A stretch of DNA of 64,000 bases from Prorocentrum cordatum. Its lineage: Eukaryota. The stretch spans positions 1 to 64,000 of the forward strand of contig CAUYUJ010000132.1 in assembly GCA_963575745.1 (NCBI GenBank), read 5' to 3'. Below are positions 40,001 through 55,775 of this stretch, piece by piece. The translations under genes and the position numbers were made by a program. The notes under the pieces were generated by a model. It was given only the letters and a program-made list of their open reading frames with translations, made no database searches and was not told where the DNA came from. Positions within the stretch are counted from its first letter, which is position 1; every line of letters starts with the position of its first letter.

Positions 40001-40574
40001 GGGCGTCCGAGAGCGTCGGCCCATCGGATCGAGATCGTCGCCGGGCACTGCGTCGACGCCGCCGTGCTGAACCCTTGCCTCGTGTCCGTGTGCTGCGGGT
40101 GCTGCGTCTTCGCCGCCGCCGCCGTCTGCAGCCCTGCCGAGCACTGGGCTGCTGTGGCGTGGGTGCTCTCGATCGGTCTTTTGCAGGTTGCTCTTCGCGT
40201 CCGCCTGGGACGCGCGGGGGCCGCCCTGCAGCGCCGCTGGCGCGTGCGACTCGGGCCCGACTGGAGCGGCGGTGGTCGCTGCAGAGATGTCCTGCGAGGT
40301 CGCGTGGAAGAGATGGTGCAGGTCGGGGGGCGCTCGCGCTCCCGGGGTCGTGGCGGCGTCCTGGCTCCCCGCCTCTCCGCCGTCGGCCCTCCTGGTGTTT
40401 TTTCTCGGGCCCGAGGGCCGCCCCCCCTTCGAAAGTTCAGATGGGGGGGGCGAGGGCGCCTTGGTCCCCAAGCCTTCTTTCGAGGAAGTGCCCGAGGGGC
40501 GGGTGGCGTGGGCCTCGTGGCAGACGTGCGTGGCCCTGCCGTTGGCGGGGGCTGAGCGGATCGCCGCCCGCTCT
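37061..40574 (+). mobile_element. Degenerate DIRS-like retrotransposon; copy C
   Basis: Co-linear (+36564). Translations are identical to copy B throughout the ORF track. Confidence 0.68.
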
Positions 40575-42494
40575 GCGTGGATCTTTCGAGAAAGGGTCCT
40601 CGGCGTCTGATTTTTTCCGATGTGTATCATCGTTCGCCGCAGGCAGGGGTGCGAGTTTCGTTGTGTTCACCTCCTGCGGGAGGGTGGCGTTCCTGTCCGC
40701 CGCCTCGGGCTCAGCTTTTCTGCGCCGCTGGGCGCGTTCTGAGAGGGGTCGGGCCGGGGCGGGGTCGCGCCTCTGGTGAGCTGCTGCCGGCAAAGAGCCC
40801 GGCCGTCCGACCGGGCTCGGCCGCGGCCCCGCCGAGGCGTGGCCGCCGGGCCACGGCGCCGCCGAGGCCCTGGAGGCGGCGTTCGGGCGGGGCGCAGGGC
40901 CGAGGTCGGGGGCCGCCGCTGTCGCGGCCTTCTGGAGGCCAGCCGGCTCGATCAGCAAGGCCATCAGGGGCGACTTCGACAGGGGGCTGAGCGAGTTCCA
41001 GACATGTGCGTCGAAGGGGTCGCTTGAGTTGTCCAGGTTGGCCCCTGCCGACGCGGCGTTGGCCGCGTGCGCCGACGAGCTCAGTGCGGCGCCGCTTTCA
41101 GAAGAATGGCGGGGGCCCTGGCCGTCGACGTTGGTGTCCTCAGAACTCGTCACGTGCGAGCCATGCTCGAGGAATGCCTGCGGATCCGCCTCGTGCACGC
41201 TCGCTGACCGTCCTCGCGAAGAGGTCCGGGTCGAGGTGCCTCGTGTATGGTTTTGGCCGGATCCTCCCAGATGTATTGATTCAGCGTCTGTCGTTCAGAG
41301 TGCTACCAGGTCGCCCAGTGACACAGTCCATTCCTTCTTCAGAAGTGGGATAGGACGCCCGTCTACGAGCCCGAGGCATTAATCTGTCAGATTCCTGCCC
41401 GAGGGTGCCCAGGAGTTCTGGCCTCCCGTGGGCGGGCCCCCGCGTCGACGCCCTGGCGCGCCATGCATGGCGCGTGCGGCCCGTCGCGTAAAGGGGTTCT
41501 CATATCATGATGCAGCTTTATCGGATATTCGTCGAATCGCGGGGGAGTGCCGCAACCCTTGCTCTTGACAGTTCTCGAGTTCCTTCCGTTCCCCCCCCCC
41601 GCCTTCCCCGGTGGAGCTGTCTGCGGGCGCGGGCCTCTGATCTTTCGGCCCCTTGCCCAAGGTCGCCCAATAATTCTGGCCTCTCAGCAAGGCCCCCCCC
41701 GCTCGACGCTCTGGCGCTGCATGCGTGACTGTGCAGCCTGGCGCGGAAATAGTGCTTTCTATTATGTTGCTGCTGCTGCTGCTCATGGCGATGCTGGTGC
41801 TGATGGTGATTATAATACTTATGGTGGTTCTGGTGGTGATGGTGATGATGATGATTGTGATGCTGATGGTGATGATGATGGTGGTGGAGTTCGCTGTGGT
41901 GACGATAAGTATGACGATTATCATGATGATGCTGATGATGATGGTGATAACGGTACTGCTGATGACAACGATTTTGGATGTACCAATGATGATGTTGATG
42001 CTGATGCCAGTGCTGATGGTAATGATGTTGCATCTGATGATGGTGACAATGATGCTGATGACGATGATTATGATGATGATGATGAGTTTGGTGATGCTGG
42101 TGCTGATGATGATGCTGTTGTTGATGATGCTGATGATGACGATGTTGGTGATGATGTTAATGGTGAGTATGCTGTTCTTGATAATGCTGACGACGACGCT
42201 GATCATGGCGATGCTGCTGATGCTGATGATCATGCTGGTGACGATTGTGCAAATGATGACGAACATGATGATGCTGATGGTGATGGTGCTGCTGATGGCG
42301 ACGATGATGGCCATGATGGCGATGCTGATGATGCTGCAGATGGTCATGATGGTGATGGTGATGATGATGCGACGTATGATGATGATGATGATGGTGATGA
42401 TGATGGTGATACGGTTGCGAATGTTGCGGGTGATGGTGATGATGACGATGACGATGCTCATGGTGATGAAAATGCGGATGTTAATAATGATGCT

Positions 42495-42525
<31 letters not shown>

Positions 42526-42748
42526 CTGATGCTGATGATGATGGTGATGCTGATGATGCTGATGATGCGACTGTTGCGGAACATGGTGATGGTGATGGTG
42601 ATGATAATGATGACGATGGTGATGATGATGCTGCTGCTGAGGATGATGCTGATGCTGATGCTGATGCTGATGATGATGATGATGATGGTGATGATGGTGA
42701 TGATGATGGTGATGATGCTGCTGCTGCTGCTACTGCTGATGATGATGC

Positions 42749-42780
<32 letters not shown>

Positions 42781-42782
42781 CT

Positions 42783-42837
<55 letters not shown>

Positions 42838-44777
42838 GCGCATCTGATTTGCAAAATGACGAGGACGATTCCGAGTACGACTGCAACCGTCGCATGCTAG
42901 ATCTGCCGCTACCCCCGAAATGCCACGAGAAGAGAATACGGGGAACCACAGGCGGACGAGGAAGATGAGGAAGAGGAGAAGGAGGAGGAGGAGGAGGATG
43001 AGGAGGAGGAGGAGGAGGAGGAGGAGGGCGGAGGAGGAGGGGAGGAGGAGGAGGAGGAAAAGGAGGAGGAGGAGAGGAGGAGGAGGACGAGGAGGAGGAG
43101 GAGGAGGAGGAGGAGGGGAGGAGGAGGAGGAGGAGGAGGAGGAGGGCGGAGGAGGGGGAGGGGGGTGGAGGAGGAGGAGGAGGAGGAGGAGGAGGAGGAG
43201 GAGGAAGGAGAGGAGGAGGAGGGAGGAGGAGGAGGAGGAGGAGGAGGAGGAGGAGGGGAGGAGGAGGAGGAGGAGGAGGAGGGAGGAGGAGGAGAGGAGG
43301 AGGAGGAGAGAGGAGGAGAGGAGAGAGGAGGAGGAGGAGGAGGAGGAGGAGGAGGAGGGAGGAGGAGGAGGAGGAGGAGGAGAGGAGGAGGAGGAGGAGA
43401 GGAGGAAGAGGAGGAGAGGAGGAAGGAGGAGGAGAGGAGGAGGCGAGGAGGAGGAGGAGGAGGAGGAGGGAGGAGGAGGAGGAGGAGTAGGAGGAGGAGG
43501 ACGAGGGAGAAGAGGAGGAGGATGAGGAGGAAGAAGAGAAACAAGAGGAGGAGGATGAGGAGGAAGAACAAGAAGAGGAGGAGGAGGAGGGAAAGGATGA
43601 GGAGGAGGACAAGGAGGAGGACGAGGAGGAGTGTACAGCCAAGAGGCATCAACGATGGTGGAATCGACCCTTCCTCTCAATTCACTCTTCATAAGCCCCT
43701 TACAGCGTTTCATTTCCATTGAAGGAACTGCCTCGTTGGAAGGCAACCGTTTGAAGATCTTGATACATGTCAAAACATTGTTCTTGGGGCTTCCACGCCA
43801 CGGATCAACTTGACTGCTGCGTCGTGACGATCTGGAATCGTGCCAGAAGGCCATTTTTGGAAGTTCGACACCGCGAGCCAACATAACTGTTGCACCCGCA
43901 TAGTCCTGAATCCTTTTGAAACACCATGTCTGGTACGTTGATCTCGGGAACCCGTGACACTCTTGCAAATTAAAAAAACGAATATGCGCGGCGCTGAGGC
44001 GAGAACCACATTTTGAAAAGGCACCGGCCTCAATCCGTGAAGCTCTTGAGACATTTATCAAACGAATTTGCGCGGCGATAAGGCGAGAAATATTTGTTGA
44101 AAACGACTCGCCCTCAATCCGTGAATTTGTTGTTGCAATGTTTAAACGAATGTGCGCGGCGCCAAGACTAGAGCCACATTTTGAAAACGCGGCGCTAAGG
44201 CGAGAGCCACATTTTGAAAACCACCCGCCCTCAATCCGTGAAGCTCTTGCAATTTTTCAAACGAATGTTCGCGGCGCTAAGGCGAGAGCCACATATTGAA
44301 AACGAGCCGCCCTCAATCCGTGAATCTCTAGTAAATGTTTAAAACGAGTGTGGCGCTAAGGCGAGAGCCACATAAAAAACCACCCGCCTTCATTCCGTGG
44401 ATCTCTTGTGCGAAGTTTTGCAACGAATGTGCGCGGCGCTAAGGGGAGAGCCACATGTTGAAAGCGACCCGCCCTCATCAGCGAAACAGTTGCCATGTTT
44501 TAATCTTCAGAGTGATACATGTAATAAATGGTAAGTCTCAGGCGAATCGCCGCCTGGCCCGCCCTAAAAACGGCGCCAGGAGAGGGGGGGCTCCTCCTCC
44601 TCCTCCTCCTCCTCCTCCTCCTCGTTCTCTTCTTGCGCCTCCTCCTCCTCCTCCTTCTCCTCCTTTGGGTCCTTTAGAAGTCTGGCAGAAGCCCTGTTAG
44701 ACAGCACTTGGCATTCTACCACGCCTCCAAGGTGCCACTGGGCTCGGAGGCGGATTCCCACAATCAGTGTCAGCTCA

Positions 44778-46355
44778 ATGGGACCGTCCCTCCAGATCTT
44801 CGTCGTTCTTGTTCTGGGTGTGCGATCAGAGGTGCTGAATTTTGCCCCAGAGATGGACGGATCGTTCGAATTCAACGATGCTGTAACGTCTGACATCGGT
44901 ACTGCCATGATGACCACAAACGACGGTATCGTGTGCTATTCCGACTGGGCAAATCCCCCTGGAGAGAGAGCAGTGTGCAACGCTTTCGACGCCTCCACTG
45001 GTGACGTTGGCCCAGACTGCAACTTGACCGCTTATCTCGTGAAGGGCCAGAGGTTCACGGTCACCCGCTTCTCCGACGAGCTGGCCATAGTATGCTTCAC
45101 GGCCTTCGGAGAGTACGAGATCGGGGGGCCGTCGTATTGCCACAAGCTGACCCTGAACACGGCCGACATGACTCTGACCGCCGGACCAGGCCTGGTAGTC
45201 AAGCCGGAGGCGACATTCATGTATTATCTGACCATCGCCAGCTTCACTGAGACCTTCGGGGTGGTGTGCTACCAGGACACCTCGGACGTGTTCGAACCGA
45301 AGGAGAGGAAAGCCAGGTGCAACGTCCTTGGCTTCGAATCTGGAAGTGACAGTCTCACTAAGAGCGAGGCTTTCGAGGCGGACTCAGTGGCGGTTGACGT
45401 TGTCGGTGTGTCGCTCACTAAGTTCTCAAGCTCGACGGGCGTTTTGTGTTTCACCGAGAAGACAGATGAAAGGGCATACTGCACGCTTTTGACTGTCAGT
45501 GACACGGACATCAGTGTGCCTGGCCCAAATGACGTTGCCATCTTCGAAGGTGTCCCTAGCATACTGGACAGGGCGCAGGTGTCCGTAGTCAGCTTGGACG
45601 AGACCACAGGACTGGTGTGCTACGTCGTCGGAGATGCATCTGCTGGCAACAGTGCCTCATACGAGATCACGTGCACCCCCGTTGGCTTGGTCAATGGGAC
45701 TGTGGTCACGGTTGGCGACGACATCGTGGTAGACAGCGACGCCACTTTCGACATGTCGGTCACCGCCATGTCCGAGACTGCCGCCATCGTGTGTTACCTG
45801 AAGGGTGATGAGAGGATCGGCACCTGCAAGGGGCTGGTCCTCAGCCACGGCAGGGAACTGAGCATGGGCGACGCGAGGGACATCGCCGGCACCAGCGGGT
45901 TCAAAGCCTACAGTGACGAGAACATCCGGGTCTGCGACGACAACCCCTGCGTCGAGTTCGTCTCGCTCACGCGCAGGAACGACGTCGACGCCATCGTGTG
46001 CTACGCGGGCATCGACGACAACCCCAACGGGCGATGCACGAAGCTCTTCGTGCCGGCGCCCACCACCACCGCCACCGCGACCACGACGAGCGCGACGAGC
46101 AGCACGACCCCGCACACCACTACGGAGTCCAGTACCACGACCGCCACGCAGACGAGCACGCTCAGCACCACCACCACCGCCACCGAGACCACGTCCACGG
46201 GGACCAAGACTACAGTGACCACCACCCCGCACACCACCACGGAGACGACACCGACGTCGACGACCGCCACCGAAGCGGAGGATTCCGCCGGGCGCGGCTC
46301 TTCCCTTGCCCCCCTGACGCTGCTTGCGGCCCTCGCGGCAGCAGCTGCACGGTGA
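44778..46355 (+). CDS. Same predicted GPI-anchored beta-propeller surface protein; copy C
   Basis: Protein identical. One synonymous change was noticed (GAC>GAT at 45809). Confidence 0.9.
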   Translation: MGPSLQIFVVLVLGVRSEVLNFAPEMDGSFEFNDAVTSDIGTAMMTTNDGIVCYSDWANPPGERAVCNAFDASTGDVGPDCNLTAYLVKGQRFTVTRFSDELAIVCFTAFGEYEIGGPSYCHKLTLNTADMTLTAGPGLVVKPEATFMYYLTIASFTETFGVVCYQDTSDVFEPKERKARCNVLGFESGSDSLTKSEAFEADSVAVDVVGVSLTKFSSSTGVLCFTEKTDERAYCTLLTVSDTDISVPGPNDVAIFEGVPSILDRAQVSVVSLDETTGLVCYVVGDASAGNSASYEITCTPVGLVNGTVVTVGDDIVVDSDATFDMSVTAMSETAAIVCYLKGDERIGTCKGLVLSHGRELSMGDARDIAGTSGFKAYSDENIRVCDDNPCVEFVSLTRRNDVDAIVCYAGIDDNPNGRCTKLFVPAPTTTATATTTSATSSTTPHTTTESSTTTATQTSTLSTTTTATETTSTGTKTTVTTTPHTTTETTPTSTTATEAEDSAGRGSSLAPLTLLAALAAAAAR

Positions 46356-48299
46356 TCCCTCCGAGGGTACCTGACGCGACAGCAGTGCTGCACATCTTCC
46401 TCCCTGTCGTGACGGCAGTGCAGTCCATCTTCTTAGCTCTGGCGGAGCGGGCGCAGGCAGCAAAAGACCCTGCGATCTCAAATGGTAATCATTTGCCTGC
46501 TCACCCAGAGACCGCGCAGAAGTTGCGGGCGAACCACAACCATCATGATCGCCATCACCACCATCATCGTCTCGAGCAAGAAGCAACGGCATACAGTAGT
46601 TAACCTTCGGAGGTCCACGCAGATTTCTTCGATCGGCGCTGGACACCCTTTCTGGCGCGATGAGCGCCAGGGGCGGCGCCAGGGGCGCCCCCACTGGTCC
46701 AGTGTCGACCTAAGAGATCCGCGAAGCCCTCCGACACGTCATGTTTTCAGACTTTGTTGTCCTTCTTCTACTTCAGGCAAGACGCTCACATAAGGACCAC
46801 TTTTGGGCTTCCCAAAGCCATAGGATTCCCGAGGGAATCCTAAAGAATTCCTGGAGTTGGGGAAATCCTGCGGACCAGGTTGGTGCTTCGCCGACCAGCA
46901 CCCAGGCCAGAGCCTCTGCGCTCAGGAATTCCTTCGCAAATCCAGAGGACTTTTTCGGACGGTTGGCTCACAATCATTGAATTTCAATACAGTGGAGACC
47001 CATGCCAAGAAACACCCTCCTTGCCTCCACAGAGCCGGGTTTCGGTGGTTTGGCCATGGAAGGCGTGGCGTTCCCACACCAAACATCGATGGACGCCCTG
47101 GGGTCTCAGGGTTGGGTTTCTTGTAGAAGGTTTATTGTGGTCGGGCCCCCACTATATGCTCTTGGCGGCTTCATGTCAAAACTGCTGTTAGAAAGATCTT
47201 TTTTAACCCTGACGTCGAGATCCGCGTGAGGGTTTTTGGTCTTCGGGCTGTTCCTCAGCTCTAGGCCGGCACCTCTTCGGGGCAGACGGTCAGCCGTTGG
47301 CCAGAAACGGCCCCTCGTGCTCATCATAGCGCGCTGACTGTATCATCGCCACCACCATCAGAGTGCTCCTCTCGTCGCAGGCCTAGAGGTTGACACCAAC
47401 ACCAACATCGGCGGTGTGCCTCCACCGAGGGAAGAAGATCCCGATCTCGGTGATGGTGGTAATATTCTGGCTTCCAAGGTGGCCGAAATATTACCACCAA
47501 CACCGAAATTTAGGATCATCTTCCCCCTGTGGAGGCAACCCCCTGTGTTGGTGTTGGTGCCCATTTCCAGGCCTCGAATCTCGATACGATCGAACCGATT
47601 CGATATCGATTCCGGCCCGCCCGATCCGACTCGATTCCACACTCAGACGGTCCGATGTGGCCCGATGCTCGCATTGGAATCGTTGTGCATCCTGGCGCGG
47701 CCGACCCGATTCGATTCTGGCTCTCCTCCTCCTCATCCTCCTCCTCCTCCGCCTCCTCCTCCTCCTCCGCCACCTCCTCTTTCCCGAGGCGGCCCGATTC
47801 GGTGAGCATTCCGATCCGATCTTGTTGACCGATTCGATGCCAACTGATCCTGCCATCGCCATCGTCAGCATCTCGGCTCGCGGATCTTCAAACCCGGGCC
47901 GCCTTCGCTCTTTCTTCACCGAGCGCGTTCCGCTATCCGCAAAGTGCCTGCTCGCAAACGCCAGACAAAGATACGTCTTCCTCTACAGTGGAGGCCCATG
48001 CCAAGAAACACCCTGCCTGCCTCCAGGGTGCCCTAGGTTTCTTTGGTTTCGTTTGCTTTGCTATGGAAAGCGCGACGTGCCCACACCAGAAATCAAAAAC
48101 GCCCTGGGGTCTCAGGGTTGGGTTTCTTGTGGAGGTTTCTTGTGGTTGGGCCCCTACTGTATGTAATGGATCGTAATGGATCGTAGATCCCACGCGGCGG
48201 ATCCAGCCCCTTGACCAGTAGTGGCTTCGCGAGTACTGCTGGAAAGAGCTTGTCTACTGGAGCGGCCTTACGGTCGGTGCCGCTGGCCCCCCTGAACGA

Positions 48300-48346
<47 letters not shown>

Positions 48347-48894
48347 GCGACGACGACGACGACGGCGACGACGGCGGCGACGGCGACGACGACGACGCGT
48401 CCCCCACACGCCGACAGGGTCGGCAGATTTCTGGCGCCCTCCAAGGGAGGAACAACCACCCGGACCGGACAGTTGGCGTTTACGAAACGTCCCTGGGCGT
48501 TTACCAAACAGCCCTGCCTTGTTTGATTCCTTCTTTGGGCGCGTTTACTAAACGACTTCGCGTGTCGGGGTGGTTATTTTCAGGAGGGGGAAAACCACAC
48601 AGACACAATTAATCGTCGATTCCCAAGAAAATATGGAAAAATATGGGAAGAGGGGGGGAAGACAAAAACCCTGAAATTATATGAAAATATGGGGAATCCT
48701 GTTATTTGTGTGGATTTGTTTTCCGACGGACCGTGCGGTGAGGTCTTGGGGGGGATTTCGAGGCCACCGCACGGTCTGTCGCCGCACCGCGTCGGGACTC
48801 CAGACAGGCAGGAAGCTGCTGATGCCCCCCCCCAGGGCGTGACGGGGACGTCGGCGGCGGGCGAGGGGTCTCAGGGGCATTTTGGGAGGCAGTT

Positions 48895-51860
<2,966 letters not shown>

Positions 51861-51892
51861 CCATACTTGAACCCCAGGAGCTCGGGTCTAAG

Positions 51893-51977
<85 letters not shown>

Positions 51978-52768
51978 TGTTGTTGTTGTTGTTGTTGCTG
52001 TTGTTGAACATTATTACTTCTAAAGAATAATTATTGTTGGGACCCCTGGTGCACGACCCCCCCGCCGCGCCTAGGCCGCAGCCTCATTTTCATCATTTTC
52101 GTGAGGAAGTCTCAGGCAAAACGGGGGAGTCCGGATCCGGTTGTGTTGTTACGATCGGTTTTCCCTTGCAAAAAATAAGCTAAAGTGGACATTTCTTGTT
52201 CTAACATAACCAAACTTCAAGAATCCCTTGCAAAAAATAAGGTAAAGTGGACATTCGCGCGCGCAAGACGAAATCCTTCCAAAACCTTAGTTTTCGTAGC
52301 GATTTTAACATAAAAACATAAAAAAAAACCAATGGTTTTTCAAAAAAAAATGTCAAAATTTCATCCCGCGCGCTCTTGCGGATTCGTAGGAAACCCAACA
52401 CTTTTTAATCATTTCTGTCAAACGGGCTTTTGCGAGCAACTTTTTCGAACTTCTGCAACAACGGTTGCGCACCTGCCAGGGCCATCATCCCTGTCAAATA
52501 ATACCATGCGGGACACATTCGTTTTTTCTTCGCGCGCGCACGCCGTCGTCGTCGGCCGCGGGGCCCTGAATAGTAGCCACGGTCGTCCGCATGCCACGAA
52601 GTGAAGTGTCCGAACGTCATAGGGCGGGAAGCTGGGTGTGGGTGGTGGCGAAGAGTCGTTTGGAAATTTGGTAGAGCTTGAACCGGCCCCCCCACAAAGT
52701 GGGGGTATTGCCCGCCTCCTATGAAAACCCTGGCACTGGTGAGAACGGAGTGTCCCCACGTGCTAGTA

Positions 52769-52833
<65 letters not shown>

Positions 52834-52935
52834 GGTTGTTGTTGCTGTTGCTGTTGTTGTTGTTGATGTTGATGTTGTTGTTGTTGATGCTGTTGTCGTT
52901 GTCGTTGTCGTTGTGGTTGTGGTTGTGGTTGTAGT

Positions 52936-52969
<34 letters not shown>

Positions 52970-53089
52970 ATTGTTGTTGTTGTTGTTGTTGTTGGTTGTT
53001 GTTGTTCTTCTTCTTTTTCTTGTTGTTGTTGTTGCTGCTATTGTTGTTGTTGTTGCTGTTGTTGTCGTTGTTGTTATTGGTGTTGGTGT

Positions 53090-53126
<37 letters not shown>

Positions 53127-53167
53127 GTTGCTGTTGCTGTTGCTGTTGTTGTTATTGCTGTTGTTGT

Positions 53168-53199
<32 letters not shown>

Positions 53200-53298
53200 T
53201 TGTTGTTTGTTGAGAATAATTCTTGTTGATCTCCGGAAACTGTTCCGCGCGCTCTCGCCTAGACGCCGTCTACGTAGTCTCTGAAAACGAGGCTCCCG

Positions 53299-53324
53299 CT
53301 TGAGCGTTGGCTTGAGCCTAAATG
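53299..53324 (-). other. Degenerate dinoflagellate spliced-leader (DinoSL) relic, possibly tandem
   Basis: The minus strand reads CATTTAGGCTCAAG-CCAACGCTCAAG. The first 14-mer matches the 3' end of DinoSL (CATTTTGGCTCAAG) at 13 of 14 positions. Confidence 0.55.
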
Positions 53325-53333
53325 TGCACCCTT

Positions 53334-53722
53334 GGAGGCCCAGCTACGACAACAACGGCTCCCGCTCGATACTTCCTCACAGTTTACCCCGAGACACCCT
53401 GGCCAGAGAGGCTCCCGAACTCAGGAACGGCGCTCTCGCTCGAGACTTCCTCGCAATGCAGCTAAGTTGGCGGAGGCCCAGCCACGACGACAAGGGCTCC
53501 TGCTCGATACTTCCTCACGGTTTACTCCGAGAGCTCCTGGCCAAGAAGGCCCCCGAACTCAGGAACGGCGCTCTCGCTCGAGACTTTCCCGTGATTCGGG
53601 CAAGTTGGTGGAGGCCCAGACACGGCAACAAGGGCTCCCATTCGATATTTCTCCATAGGTATTCCGAGAGCCCCTTGCCAGAGAGGCCCCAGAATTCAGG
53701 AACGGCGCTCTCGCTCGAGACA
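53334..53722. repeat. 138-bp tandem repeat, about 2.8 units
   Basis: GGAGGCCCAG starts at 53334, 53472 and 53610. Each unit contains CAGGAACGGCGCTCTCGCTCGAGAC. Confidence 0.92.
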
Positions 53723-54756
53723 TTTTCGCGCTTCAGTCAGTGGCCGGCAAGGAAGAAATTCCCCCCGAAAGGGGGTGCAATCGAAGACGAAGTGGGCGGG
53801 TATCGAGGTATGGGGTATACGGCATGCAAGACACGCGTGCCAGTAAAAGCGAACAGTCTTACAATGATTGTTGCTGTTGTTATTGTTGTTGTCGTTGTCG
53901 TTGTTGTTGTTGCTGCTGCTGTTGTTGTGGTTGTTGTTGTGGTTGTTGTTGCTGTTGCTGTTGCTGCTGTCGTTTCGTTTCTTTCTCTGAGGATGGGGGT
54001 CTCGGGAGCGCGGACTGAATTTTCCTCATAGGGCGAATCACGTGGTGGTGTTGGTGGTGCATGCAGAGGGACGTGACGAGAGGGGGAGACCCTCAGAAGA
54101 CTACAGAAGCCCTACCAGACAGTCCATGGCATTTTACCACGCCTCAACGTGCCAGGGGGCACGTTGGCGGATCTGTTTGCCAAGTGCCTTCGTTTGAAGT
54201 ACCTGGGACCCCCTTCCCTTGCAACGCCTGGGGAGCTCTGGGTTCCCATGCGGGCTCGTGACTTCTATAACACCGACGGTTCTTTGTGTTCCCGTGAGGA
54301 CCCTTGGAGTTTCCATTCCCCCCTTGCAGCTGTGCCAGATGTTCAAGTTTTAGTAGAACTAAGAAGCCTCACGCGAGCGCCAAAGTTTGAAAAGTAACTA
54401 CCTTCATCCTTGCAGCTATTGCATGTGTTCGAGCTTTTAAGAAGTCTCAAGCGAAACCCCAGTCTGAAAAATGGTCGCCCGCCGTCTCTGTAACAGTTTC
54501 AAACTTTTGAGACGAAAGTGCGCGACGCGAAAACGATTCGTCGTCCATCCTTGAAGGTGTTGTGCAAATTTTAGACGAATGTGCGCGTTTCTAAGGCGAA
54601 AGCTCCATGTTCGGTTGCACAGTGCCGGCCGTGACAGCCGAGGCTGATCAGGAGGGGGACCCTGCCAGATCGAGGGTGCCTTGGTGTCCCGTGCTTCGCG
54701 ACCCATGCCTTCTACATTCCCGTGGCAATGTTCTAGGCCTCTTAGGTCGGGTCGGC

Positions 54757-54951
54757 GTAGGTGGGGTCGGAGGATCGCGCCGCATCGCCGATGCATCGTC
54801 GATGCATCGGCGATGCGGTTTGATGCGGGACCCAATTTTCTCCACGCCGACGTCGCGGATGTATCGGTGACGTTGCCAGTGCATGGCCGATGCATCGCCG
54901 ATGCATCGCCGATGTGTCGGCGATGCGGCGAGATCCTCCGACCCCACCTAC
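54757..54951. mobile_element. MITE-like element with 35-bp TIRs
   Basis: GTAGGTGGGGTCGGAGGATCGCGCCGCATCGCCGA matches its reverse complement at the right end with one mismatch. The interior is built of CGATGCATCG units. Confidence 0.8.
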
Positions 54952-55775
54952 AGTCAACCCGCATAGTAAGGATGGGCAACCTTTCCAAGGGTACCCTTGC
55001 ATCCTTGCCTCCTCGGTCCATCCTTGGCCAGTTTCGTTGGCCGCGTTGTGCCCGACAAGCTTCGAGATGGCCCTCCAAGGCCCTTGCATCCTTATCGCGC
55101 ATCCTTACTATACCGGTTGATGGTACTCGGACCCCATCTACAGTCGGCCCAGATTAGTAGGTCGACCCTGCCAAATCAAGGGTACCTTTGTGTCCTGTGT
55201 CTCGCGACCCCTGCCTCTCCCATTCCTGTGGCAACGTGGCCCTCGGAAGGGTCTTGTGTCCTCTCGCGTGTCCTGCCCAATCAAGTCCGACTGTAGGAGG
55301 CCTCCAAATCTGGCCCTCGGGAGGGGTCTTGTGCCCTCTCGCGTGCCCTCTCCAGTCCGCCCCGACGGCCCTTTCTCTGCGCCGCGCTCCCCGGCACGCG
55401 GGCCGCCCGCTGGCTCCGTGCGCTCGCCCAGGGCCCCCTGGAGGGCGGGAGCTCCTCCTCCTCCTCCTCCTCCGCCTCCTCCTCCTCCTCCTCTAGCCCG
55501 TCGCTCGAGCACGTGCTGGGCATAGGGCCGCTGGGACGCCCGTGCGCCCCCGCTCCCCCCTCCCCCCTCGCCTTCCCGCGGCCCGTTCCCCCCTCAGGTG
55601 CTGATGGTGTGCGCTGCTCGGCTGCGATGGCTCTCGGACCAGCTGGCCCTTGGGAGGCAGTGCCGGCTGCGGGTGAACTCACACTGCGACAAGGTGATCG
55701 TCAAAGTGGTGTTGTTGCCAGTGTTCGACACGCTCATGCTCAACTCCTTCGCCCTCCAACTGGTGACTTCACTAT

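Larger units (their letters stand above)
51892..53970. repeat. Three (GTT/GCT)n tracts: 51892-52005, 52770-53210 and 53866-53970
   Basis: Directly visible. Confidence 0.9.
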
